Positions 1-10,426 of a DNA stretch of 64,000 bases are shown here, one piece after another (the stretch's first letter is position 1; every line of letters begins with the position of its first letter). Source of the DNA: Azolla caroliniana (lineage: Eukaryota > Plantae > Polypodiophyta); assembly GCA_043228905.1 (NCBI GenBank), contig JBHGNT010000005.1, positions 12,648,001-12,712,000 on the forward strand, in the 5' to 3' direction. The notes beneath the pieces were generated by a model. That model searched no databases. It saw only the letters and a list, made by a program, of their open reading frames with translations, and was not told where the DNA came from. A program made the translations under genes and the position numbers.

Positions 1-779
1 GGAGGAGGCATTTGTTCATAGAGGTTGCCTCCATATGAAGACAAAGGGGGATGTGAGGAGGGAACAGAGAAAGGGGAGTAATTAGGGTTCTAAAAACATG
101 AGAGGTGAGGTTGTTGTGAGCATGGATGAGGGGTTGGAAGGAGGGGCGGTGCGAATGTCTATCGACTACCTTGCGCAGTCCCAAACAACGCGCCATGTAG
201 GGAGGGGGAAGGGTGCACGAGATGGCTGTCCAACACAGTCCCATACTCGTTTACAATAGGGGGGGGGGGGAATGATTGATGAAAGAGGCCGCGATCAACC
301 ACGGCATGTTGTTGAGTATTGTGAGGTGAATCATGTTTCTGTGATGTCCAATTATCATAGGGCGTACCATGTGTACGACGAAGAAGGGGCGGCGGCAGGA
401 AGTTTTGTTGGCGGCTTTGATTCGTAATAGAGTGTCGAAATTGTTTCCTTGAAATGTTTGGCAAGTGCAGCTGACGATAGTATGGTGGATGGAGCTCGGC
501 GACAGTGTTAGGAGCCGGAGGACTTGTATGAGCGTGGAGATGACCGAGGCCTATCGTTGCAAATGCTTGTGGTGAGCGGTAATGGTGCAGTTCAGAAGCA
601 CTCGTGCGTTCTGCGGAGCAAAGTCAGCCTCCCGAAAACCTGCCCAAAGAAAATACAGAGAAAGATGGAGGAGAAGAGCTCGGTCCCAGTCCAACAGCAC
701 TTCGTCCTCGACAAAAGCGATCCCTTTTACGATTCCTCTCCCTCACTTTTATAGCCCAAGGAGGGAGCCCGTTACAACT

Positions 780-982
780 TGTTACATCATCTTTATTCTC
801 TGTCCTTTCGAACAGAGATATGCCTCGATTTCCTACCTATCAAATACACGCAACCTAGGATATTCACATCAGCCGACTTGTACCTAAATATGTATATTAC
901 AACAAAACTTGTGCCCGCGTGTAAGGGCCGGTTCGCACACATCATTCTCCAATTCCTCCTAGGGACGGTTTTCTCCATGACA
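780..982 (-). repeat. Putative 3' LTR of element A
   Basis: TG...CA termini (TGTTAC...ATGACA); purine run AGGAGGA (983-989, minus strand) lies directly before it; located downstream of integrase. No partner LTR in the window. Confidence 0.55.
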
Positions 983-1081
983 TCCTCCTGCACCTAACCA
1001 CGCATCCACCGGTATGCGCCAAAATAGACTCTTTCAGGAGAAGACTGGCCCGCGCTTACCCTTCGTCCTCCGGATCTCCAT

Positions 1082-2948
1082 TCACTCCGAACCGGTCGTC
1101 CTCGCTATCCAAATCGTCCGGGTCCAATCTTCATCCTCGTGCCGCTTTTCGAATGCTTTGATCCTTTTTCCGGCCACTAGTATTGCCATCCTCGTCCCAT
1201 CAAGCTCCGTGAGATGATAGGTCCCGTTGTCATTGGCTCTTATCACCACGTAAGGCCCGAACCACTTCCTTGCAAACTTCCAGATCGCCTTGTGTTGGTT
1301 ATCGAGGCAACTGTCATATACTAGAACCCAACCGCCTTCCTCAATTTTCTTCGGCCTTAGTCGGTGACTCCGGTCGAATCGTCCCTTGTTCTTTACCCTC
1401 GCGGCCCATAGCTTTTCCGCAGCTCGTTCCACATCCTCCGGTCTTCGCTCGAGTTGTCGGATCCAAGCCGCTAAAAGCTCCTCCCGGCTAATCTCGTCTC
1501 TCCAGCCCATCGTGGCCCATGAGGGGATCGTTCACTCCATTGGCATGACCGGCTTCTGCCCGTACATCAGCTCCGCCGGCATGAACCCAGTTACCGAACT
1601 GTGTGTAGTTCGGTCGGCCCACAACGCATAGGGTAAGAGCTGCGACCAGTTTCCGACTTGGCCTCCACATGCCCGCACTAACACTTTGACGATCGGCCCG
1701 TGTCCGCATTCCACCTTCCCGTTCGCCTCCAGATTGTACGCCTTGTGTTGGTTATCGAGGCAACTATCATATACTAGAACCCAATCGCCTTCCTCAATTT
1801 TCTTCGGCCTTAGTCGGTGACTCCGGTCGAATCGTCCCTTGTTTTTTACCCTCGCGGCCCGTAGCTTTTCCGCAGCTCGTTCCACATCCTCCGGTCTTCG
1901 CTCGAGCTGTCGGATCCACGCCGCTAACAGCTCCTCCCGACTCATCTCGTCTCTCCAGCCCATCGTGGCCCATGAGGGGATCGTTCGCTCCATTGGCATG
2001 ACCGGCTTTTGCTCGTACATCAGCTCCGCCGACATGAACCCAGTTACCGAACTGTGCGTAGTTCAGTCGGCCCACAACGCATAGGGTAAGAGCCGCGACC
2101 AGTTTCCGACTTGGCCTCCACATGCCTGCACTAATGCTTTGACGATCGGCCCGTGTCCGCATTCCACCTTCCCGTTCGCCTCCGGATTGTATGCCGTGGT
2201 GAGCGAGAGTTTAGCCCCTAGCCTGTCAAACAGCTCTTCAGCCTCTTGTGCGTCCAGTTCTCCGCGGTCGGCTACGATCTTCCCTACGCACCCGTACCAG
2301 CATACCACTTCTTCGATCAGAAATCAGCACACAACCACAGTAGTTTTGTTCGGCAACACTTGGCCTTCCACCTAGTTCGTCAGGTCCTCTCGAGCCAGCA
2401 CCAGATATCGCATCTGCCCTACCCCCATCGGCATCGTCACCAGATCCACCATCCACTTGAAGTGGACGGTCGGAGGGTAGGTCGGATGAACCTCGTCCCG
2501 ATGTTGTACTATGGAGTGCATCTGACAAATTTTGCAAGTTGTCACGAACCGATGCATGTCCCGGTATAGTCCCGGCCACCAGTACTTCCCCTTCAGCTTC
2601 TCGAATGTGGCCCACGTCCCGCGGTGTCCGGCCCAGGGACTCTCGTGGTACACCGTCAGTGGTTCCACCTGTTCCTCTTTCTTCGCCACAACCCAGAGCG
2701 GGATGTCGTTGCTCTTCTTCGGGTGCTTCCATATGCTTTCTTCCGAATCCGGTTGGTCTCTTCCTTTGTCCACGCCATGTCCGGTGTCATTGTCTTCAGG
2801 AACCCGCCGATTTGGAGCCACTCCCCATCATACTTGCTCTCGTCGAACTCATTAAGCGCCGGAGTGCTCCCCTTCCTTGTTGTTACGTAAGCCGTCTTGA
2901 AGAAGTCCACACCGACTTCTTCGTCATCCGAAACCATGTCGTCCTCAT
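1082..2948 (-). pseudogene. Integrase region of element A (frameshifted, partly duplicated)
   Basis: ORFs 2372-2821, 2063-2308, 1532-2035 and 1082-1510 carry the zinc-binding, DDE-core and GPY/F-like (KWFGPYVV) motifs. Confidence 0.9.
1286..2191. repeat. 453-bp tandem duplication inside the integrase of A (1286-1738 and 1739-2191)
   Basis: Two near-identical copies each starting CGCCTTGTGTTGGTTATCGAGG; GCC microhomology at the junction. Confidence 0.9.
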
Positions 2949-3586
2949 TGAAAAGAGATATGATGATAGAAAAGAGAGAGAAGGAAGATATAGAAACCCA
3001 AATCTACAAAGATATATTAATAAGGAGTGATGATCATAGAAACAAGAGAAAGAAGATACATAAACTCAAGCCTACAAGGATGAATTGATCACTAGAAAAA
3101 CGCACTACATGAATAGGCAAGAAAAACACCACAAGAAAAAATCTCCCCTCACCACCTCACTCTTCTTGCTTTATATGAAGTTCTCCTCTAGTAGATAAGT
3201 TTCGCTTGCTTTCTTTTCCACGCTTTTTTTACAGCTTTTCCATCTCCTATTCTTAGCTATGATACAACGATCTTCTAATCGTCATATCTCCCTCGTAGAA
3301 GCTCTAAATTTAGAGCTTTAAAAACCTATGGATAGCTCTCTTCACAAACTTTCCAACCCATATTTACACATTATATTTGGCTTCCAAACGAATGAGTTAT
3401 GAGTGTTCGTTGTAGACTGCATTTTGGTGCCCGCTTTTTTCTTCTTTTACTTTTCTCCACGTGACTTGCTTTTTGTTTGACTTATCCTCAAGACCTTAGC
3501 TCGTGATCTTGCCTTCCGGATGTGAACGCACCATACCTTATATTCTTGTAGACTTCAATACCTTGAATTCTAAAAACACTTTCACA
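2949..3586. mobile_element. Solo LTR (638 bp) inserted in pol of element A
   Basis: AT-rich insert with TG...CA ends and 5-bp TSD CTCAT (2944-2948 and 3587-3591). Removing it restores the pol peptide SRVRFDDE-DDMVSDDEE. Confidence 0.8.
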
Positions 3587-3591
3587 CTCAT

Positions 3592-5427
3592 CATCGAATC
3601 TCACCCTCGAAAGCATGTTGGCCATGGCGTTGTCTTTTCCGGAAATGTGTCATATTTCTGGATTTAGGGACTTGATGTACGCTATCCACCTGAGCATTGC
3701 CAGGTCCGGCGTTGCACATCCGGAAACCATACCAAGAATCGGAAGGCAGTCCGTCTCAATTATCACCTCCATCCCGATCAAGTAGTCTTTGTCGGCCTTG
3801 CCCGTCGAAACGATACCCCAGAGTTCGCGTTTAACCTAGGCGTACCCTCGCTGTCATTCACTAAGGACATTCGCGCGGAACCGGATGGGGAACCTAGTGC
3901 CATTCTCATCCTCCTGGCTGATCACCCATCTGATTCCGGTCGGACTCGTGTCTACGGTCACGTAAATCGGAATGTCTTTACCGTAGACCGCTTTCCGGAG
4001 TGCCAGCGCCACAGCAAGTGCTTCTTTCATTTTTCGGACCGACTCGTATGCTCCTCTCTCCACTCGAATTTACACCCTTTCTTCAGCAATCCATAGAGCG
4101 GCTCCGCAACGTGGGTGTAATGCGGGATCCAGATATGGTAGAACGTGCATGCTCCCAAGAATCTCCAGACTTCTGTGACCGAATTGCAGTCGCGCTTCAT
4201 CGTGGAGATGGCCTCTACCTTGGCCGGCGACGGTTTCCGACCGAATGGCCCGCATAGGTGTCCGACAACCATGATCTCCGATTTCCCGAAGGCTGATTTT
4301 TCCCTAGAGAAGGTGAGCCTCGCGCCCTCTAGTCTTTGCAGCACCTTCTCGCAGTCATCGACGTGGTCCGCCACAAATTTCCGGCATCCGCCCGGTACGA
4401 TTGTCTCGTCCTTATCCTCCACCGGGCATCCTTTGATCAGGATGTCGTCTAAGAATGGCATGGTGATGTCCAGGATACAATCCCTTAGCACTTTGTTCAT
4501 TGCGTTCACCATGTGGGCTATCGAGTTCATCCCTCCTTGCGGAAGGGTACACATTTGTACTAGGCCGAGAGGAGTCCGCATCGTCGTAATGTCCCTGCTC
4601 TCCACGGCTAGCTGGAACTGATCGTATCCCGAGTACAGATCACTGACTGAGTAAATTGACCTTCCCGCGAAGGCCTCCGCAAACTCGTTTATGGTCGGTC
4701 TGATTCCTACGTTTCGAATGGTCACCTTGTTGACCGGTTGCAGGTCCTGAATGAAGTGCATCGTGCCGTTCTTCTTGGGCACGGTAAACCACCGATTAGA
4801 ATATGGGGCACTCAACAATTCGAGGATGCCCATATCCAGCTTCTGTTTCAGCAACTCCATTAGCTTTGGGATGTGAGCTCTGGGTACTGGAATCGGTTTG
4901 AGGTTCCACGGTACATGCGGTACCGTGAAGATCACCATTGGTTCCACAATCGTCGAGTCTACGCACCCGATCTTCTCCAGCGAGAATGTGAAGGCCTTTT
5001 CATGCCTCCAGAGCATTCTCCGAAACCAGTCCTCCTCCGCCGACAGTAGAAAGCCACCCCCACCTTCCTTGAGCTCTCGTAGCATTATGTCCGTGAATCG
5101 GTGTCCTATGCCAGCCGGATCTCGTAAACTTGGGTCTGACGCGACCCCCTTCATTCGTAACTCACTGCCCTTTGGCAAGGGTGTCGTGACTGGCCTCACC
5201 TTCCGATCCACAATCTTGTACTTCGTATCCACTCGGGCCGCCCGATCCGACTCGAGTCCTCTACCGAAGTCGGCGATGACTTCGTACATCTCTTCCGAAC
5301 ATACCGGAATCGTTCGGGCTTCACTAAGGCCCTCTCCGAACATCTTCCCTAACTTCCCCAAGGTGTCGTCAAGAGAGACCATTTCCACAGCTCCGCTGAT
5401 TTCCTCTTTGGGGGGAGGACTCCGCAT
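3592..5427 (-). pseudogene. RT/RNase H region of element A
   Basis: ORF 4027-5427 has gypsy RT motifs; RNase H (VTVDTSPTG) follows in a shifted frame. Confidence 0.9.
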
Positions 5428-5708
5428 GCCTTGAGTCGCTCTTCTGCCCGCTTCTTCTGCCTACTATACATGTGTGGGGTTTTTCTGGAGTGTCCGGACT
5501 ATCGGGTCCCCACGCCTTGATAGCCCTCTCTAAAAATCCCCTCGGCTTTCACCGCCGAGGGTCTTGCGGTTACGCTCATGGTTCGGTCATACCGTCAGAA
5601 ACTGAACGGAGTGACGTCCATCCTGGCTTTTGACTTGGGCATACGCCGAACCGTTGTCCATCACCTTCGTCTCCATGCGCGCCGCCGTGATGTACGGTTC
5701 TCCGAGTA

Positions 5709-6898
5709 TCACTGGATGCGAGAGGACGTTTCCTGCACGAAGAAGTGTTGATCAATCTCGACATTGCTGATTTTCACTCGTACATTCGGGTAGGCTCCGT
5801 GTAGCTCCTCCGTGGTGTGCGTTATTGCCCGTATCTTCCACCCGTGCTTGGTGTTGATCGGCCACTTTCCCTTCTTGTAGAACTCCATGGACATCAAGTT
5901 GATCTCCGAACCATGGTCTACCAACGCCACCACCGGCTCCTGGACGTCCCCGATCCGAACAGGGGTTTCCGTAGTGGCCCTAGCCCAATGTAGCCTCGAG
6001 TAGTGGCTTTCCGCCAACTCGTCCTCCAGGGCCATGTCTTCTAGGTGCGTCGTTCGCACCTCCACCGGCTTCTCCGGCTCCGGCTCCGTCGAAAACCTTT
6101 TCCGCTTCACCAAGTCTACGATGGAGTCATGGAACTCCTTCTTGGCGATACCGAGCACTTCCCTCAGTGACAGCTCCACTTTGTTGTCGAGGATCCGTTC
6201 CTCCAGGACCTTTCGTAGGTCCGTGGTCCTTTCGATCTCTGTGTTCAACTAGCAACCGGCCTTCATGGCCTTGTCTGGTGCGCCGGATGCACCAACATCA
6301 TTCTGGTTTGGCCCGAACCGGGTCTCATACTGTTGTGAGGGTCCAGCCCCCTCGGTCTTTCCCGCGCACTTGTCTTCCACCAGAACCTCATAGTTCTGGC
6401 ATGCGGCTTCCACGAAGCCCGTCTTCTCTTCGACCGGGTCACTCCACCCGGTTACTTCCCGGACTCGTCTTTCCGCGTGGTCCGCTTCCTCTTTCCTTAG
6501 TCGTACGCCGGCTAGGCCTTCCAGCATCAATGGCCAGAACCCGGAGTCCTTCGTTTTCCAGACTTCACTACCGACCCGGAGTCCCGCCGACGCCGAGTAG
6601 TCGATGGTCTCCGCGTGACGAGCTATCGCTTCCTCCATCAGTCATTTCATCCCCCCTCGTCCGACGTTCAGATCCAGGGCCCTCCAGGTTTCGCTAGCAT
6701 GTACCCACTCGTTCCACAGGTACACCACTTTGGCCCTTATCTCTTCGGCGAAGTCCCCGCAGTCCTTTCGGGCGTGGCCGACCCCGTCGCACTACAAGCA
6801 CCGATGCCTAGCCGGAGGCCTTCGGTCATGGGCTTGTTCGCCGTCGTCCCTCCGTGCCTGTGCAATCTGGAGATCCCTCACCATCTGAGTAAGCTCCT
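5709..6898 (-). pseudogene. Gag C-terminus and aspartic protease of element A
   Basis: CCHC knuckle near 6760-6800 and the ALVDHGSEINLM protease motif; interrupted by stops. Confidence 0.8.
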
Positions 6899-7318
6899 TG
6901 TTATTCGCTTAGCCGGACAAGGCCTAACACAAGGTGTCACGGAGACACTTCACCAAAGGGTGATTACGGCATAGGATTAAGATTCAACGATTACACCGAC
7001 TTACGTAGTTTACACAATTAGATTGCTTAGGTTAATTACACGCGTAAGATATAACAATGATTACAGAACGGAAATCAAGACAGAAGTATAAACATCATAA
7101 TCTCTATTAATTATCCGCTGTCATTACAATAGGGTCCGGGCCTTTAAATAGGTTTCCGGCCCGTAGTACAAAACGGTGCCTCTCGCACCTATTCGGAATC
7201 CGTCCGGATCTGGAACGGCATACCGTTTCCAGTCCGTCCGTTCACACTATGCTCATATACAACCATATCTAATTAATTCCTTCACTCCGTATTTTGGACT
7301 CCTTGCCGGCCGGTAACA
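6899..7318 (-). repeat. 3' LTR of element B
   Basis: TG...CA ends; direct repeat of 16283-16702; TATTTAAA TATA-like box in element sense. Confidence 0.97.
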
Positions 7319-7320
7319 CA

Positions 7321-7337
7321 TGGCACGCCCGTGGGAC
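7321..7337 (+). promoter_or_regulatory. Opposite-strand PBS-like motif (TGGCACGCCCGTGGGAC) at the PPT position of element B
   Basis: Starts 2 nt inside the 3' LTR boundary and begins with TGG. Resembles the complement of a plant tRNA-Arg(UCU) 3' end (recalled, not searched). No purine tract is present. Confidence 0.75.
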
Positions 7338-7370
7338 AGTACCTTGTACGTCGAACCCTTCTCGGCCCCT

Positions 7371-10346
7371 TCATTGTTCACCCAAATTGTCCAAATTACT
7401 TTGTTCAAGAATTTCCGCTTGTTCTTCCGGTTGTGGTTGTTGCGGCTGTGCTTGCTGCTGCTGCTGTGTTTGCGGTTGGGACTGAGGTTGCTCCGGCTGC
7501 TCTGCTTGCTGCTGCTGCTCCGTTTGTTTTGCTGACTCCGGCTGCTCCGTTTGCCTCTCTGACTCCGGCATCTCCGTTTGACTGCTTCCGGTCCGGTCTC
7601 CTTCCAGTAACGGTTCCTCATCACTGAGGTTGACCGTAACTGGTTCTCGTTCTTTCTCTCCCCGGATCCGGGACCTCTCGTAGCTTTCAAACTGGATCTG
7701 CGCCTCCAGCCTGTCGTCGTCCAGCTGAGCTACAAGTTGCCGGACTTGCTCTAATTGGTCTTCTGCCAAGGCTTGAAAGTCTTCGGCCAGCTCATCTCTT
7801 ATCCCGGTGAAGTCTTCGGAAGTCAGCATATAGCAATCATCTCCCTCCTTCCGCCGGTTCTCTACGTCAGCCCGGAGCAATTGGAGTTCCGCCGCGTTTG
7901 TGGCCCACTTGGTCCACCATTTGACGGAGCCGTTGTCAATCAAGCTCTTGGTCTGGTTCAACCAGGCCCGCATTATATCCTGGATGCGACTTGCTCCCAT
8001 CTGTGCTCTGCTTTCCACCACTTGTCGCTCCTCCTTCAACTGCTTGATGAGGTTTGCCGTATCCTCCGCCTGCTCTCGGTAGCGCGTCAGCTGCCCTTGA
8101 TATGTCGTTTGCAGCCTCTGCAGTACCTCCGCCGCTCTTTCTTTTTCCGCCTGCTGTTGCCTGAGGAGCTCTGTCCGAACCTTCTCCGCCTCTTCCAACC
8201 GTCTTCTGTTTTCCGCTTGTTCCTTGGCGAATGCGGTTGCGGTCCGATCAACTGCTTGCCGGAGCTCATCCATCCGTTCCTTGTGCTCCGTTTGCAACCG
8301 TTTATACTCCCGGTGCAAGTTCTCACATTCCTCTGTTTTTAGTTTGAGCTTGCCGTTGATCTGGCGATGGTTCCGGTCCTCCCGGTCCTTTACCTGCCGG
8401 AGTTCCTCTTTCAGGCGCTCTACTTCTGTTTCGGCGTTCCTCCGGAGTTTCTCCTTCTCTTGCAGCATTTTCTCCTTCTCCTCCTTGAGCCGGTCGTACG
8501 CTTGGTGGCCTTTCCGTAAGCTCTCCTCGGCCCGGCGTAGATTCTCAGCAGTCTTTTTGAGTTCTGCCTCCGCTGCCGTTTTCAGTTCTCTTTCGCGGCT
8601 CCTCAGCGCTTCTTGGGCAGCAAGCTCATCCTTTAAATCCGCAAGCTCTTGGGCTTGTGCCGCATTTTTCTCCGGAACGGTTTCCGTTGCCGGGGTCTGA
8701 TTGCTATGTACAGGTTGATCCTCTTTATTCTGTACATTGCCCGGAGTCACCGGTGCTTGGACTTGTGTTTCCCTTGTGACCCTGTCCAAGTCTTGTTCAA
8801 GGCTCCGGATTCTGGACCGGGCCGTCTCTAGATCTACGGTTGTGACGAGCAACCGTTCCTGGTGCGCTCTCTCTTCCGCCTCTATATACTCGACCGCTCC
8901 GGCGATTTGCTCGCCTACCCACCGTAGCCACACGCTACTGGTGCCTTGTTGCTGTACTGGTCGGGTCGGCTCATTCTCTGTGGAATTGTCTGGCCTGATT
9001 GCCTGCATATGCCGTTCTGGTTCTACTCCTTGGCCGCCGTGTGCTCTGGCTGGGCTCGCCGGCTGTTGAGTTCCGGTTCTCGCCGTCTCCGGAGCCGTTG
9101 GACTGACTTCTTCTATAGAAGTCGACAAGACCGGTTCCCTACGCACCGGTTCCGGTTCTTCCCTTGTGGTTTGCTCAGGTTGAGTTGGGGGCGTTTCTGC
9201 CTCTCGCGGGTACGACCGCTCCCCTCCTGTCGCGGCGGTCCTACTTCTTGGCCGTCGTTGGAGGTGCTCTTCCGGCTCCTCCGTTTCCTCTTCCTGTGCC
9301 ACGGCATGTTTCTGTGCCGTCAAGGGTTCCGGTTCCTTCTGTCCCGGTCTCCGTAAGGTTATCTTGACGGGTCGGACCGGTGACACCTCCTCCGGTTCTG
9401 GGACCCGTTTCTTCCCTTTCGCCGCCTTCGACGCCAGCAGCTGCTGTCGTTTGGACGCCGGCTTCGAGGTGCTTCCTTCCGATACTCTTGGCCGCTTCTT
9501 TGGCTGGACGGTCTCGACCGGCGGCACGAGCAATGTGATCCATTGAGCTACGGCGTGCCACAGCTTCCGGCCCTCCTTGCCGTCCTTCCCTCGTACCATG
9601 TCGATTGCCATGCACAACCCGTCTGCAATCAGCACCGGCCAGTCCACCTTGACCCCTTCATAGGTGGCTATGATCATCCCTGCCCAATTTTTTGGCATGA
9701 CAGGGGGTCGGGGGTACACGTGACCGTACTCGTGGAGCACTCGAGCTATCTCCCTGAATAGCGGATCTTCGCCGCCCTGCGTCCGATAGCCTTTGCCGGC
9801 AACAGAGTACTCACCGAAATATCGGGTGAGTTGCTCCGAGGTTGGGTTATCGATCTGAAAGATTCCTCCCTCCGGAAGGCCTGTTAGCGCGCGGATCGCT
9901 TCCTCGGTGATGACCTCTGTGGCGAGCTCCTTGATGACCCGGTCTGCTTCTCTGTGCGGCGGTGCCTCCATGATGGCCAAGAACCCTTCCAGTCCGTTTT
10001 GCCTGAACCATTTCCTGGCCGCTTCCGACAGCGTTTGTGGTTCCATGTCTGCTTCAAGGTCGAGGGACGATGGCGAGGTAGAGTGGTGATGAGGGTGAGA
10101 GCGAGAGAGAGAGCGTTCTGAGCGCGGGGGTTCTCTGCGTGCAGGTTCGCGTTTGCTCAGCTTCCACTGCCTTGGTGCTTCTGTGCTTCTTGGCTCGCGA
10201 AAATAGAAGGTCTCCATGCGCTCTGTTTCTTCTTTGTGCGTTTTGGCGCCTTTTTCGAGCATGCACACGTCGTGTACTAATTTAGTATTAAGTGGCGTGG
10301 CGTCTCTTAAATGCCCACTACGTACCTTTTCGCGCCTCGCTTTCAC
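7371..10346 (-). CDS. ORF3 of element B: about 900-990 aa protein with a plant-transposon-type N-terminal domain and a long coiled coil
   Basis: Uninterrupted ORF between pol and the 3' LTR, on the same strand as pol; E/K/R/Q-rich heptad region; homologous degenerate copies in C and D. The start codon is uncertain (ATG at 10262 or 10046). Confidence 0.85.
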   Translation of the reverse strand: MKARREKVRSGHLRDATPLNTKLVHDVCMLEKGAKTHKEETERMETFYFREPRSTEAPRQWKLSKREPARREPPRSERSLSRSHPHHHSTSPSSLDLEADMEPQTLSEAARKWFRQNGLEGFLAIMEAPPHREADRVIKELATEVITEEAIRALTGLPEGGIFQIDNPTSEQLTRYFGEYSVAGKGYRTQGGEDPLFREIARVLHEYGHVYPRPPVMPKNWAGMIIATYEGVKVDWPVLIADGLCMAIDMVRGKDGKEGRKLWHAVAQWITLLVPPVETVQPKKRPRVSEGSTSKPASKRQQLLASKAAKGKKRVPEPEEVSPVRPVKITLRRPGQKEPEPLTAQKHAVAQEEETEEPEEHLQRRPRSRTAATGGERSYPREAETPPTQPEQTTREEPEPVRREPVLSTSIEEVSPTAPETARTGTQQPASPARAHGGQGVEPERHMQAIRPDNSTENEPTRPVQQQGTSSVWLRWVGEQIAGAVEYIEAEERAHQERLLVTTVDLETARSRIRSLEQDLDRVTRETQVQAPVTPGNVQNKEDQPVHSNQTPATETVPEKNAAQAQELADLKDELAAQEALRSRERELKTAAEAELKKTAENLRRAEESLRKGHQAYDRLKEEKEKMLQEKEKLRRNAETEVERLKEELRQVKDREDRNHRQINGKLKLKTEECENLHREYKRLQTEHKERMDELRQAVDRTATAFAKEQAENRRRLEEAEKVRTELLRQQQAEKERAAEVLQRLQTTYQGQLTRYREQAEDTANLIKQLKEERQVVESRAQMGASRIQDIMRAWLNQTKSLIDNGSVKWWTKWATNAAELQLLRADVENRRKEGDDCYMLTSEDFTGIRDELAEDFQALAEDQLEQVRQLVAQLDDDRLEAQIQFESYERSRIRGEKEREPVTVNLSDEEPLLEGDRTGSSQTEMPESERQTEQPESAKQTEQQQQAEQPEQPQSQPQTQQQQQAQPQQPQPEEQAEILEQSNLDNLGEQ

Positions 10347-10426
10347 ACCCGTTCATACCTCGATTTTGAATTTATTTTTTTTTTTTATTTTTTTTTTTTC
10401 TTTTTTTTTAATGACGGTGTGTGACC

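Noticed and set aside
471-510. CTGACGA resembling a hammerhead core
   Set aside because: No stem II or GAAA follows.
1-779. Short ORFs and a minus-strand TATA-like motif (747-753) suggesting the 5' end of a gene or element
   Set aside because: No recognisable protein motif; cannot be assigned from the window alone.
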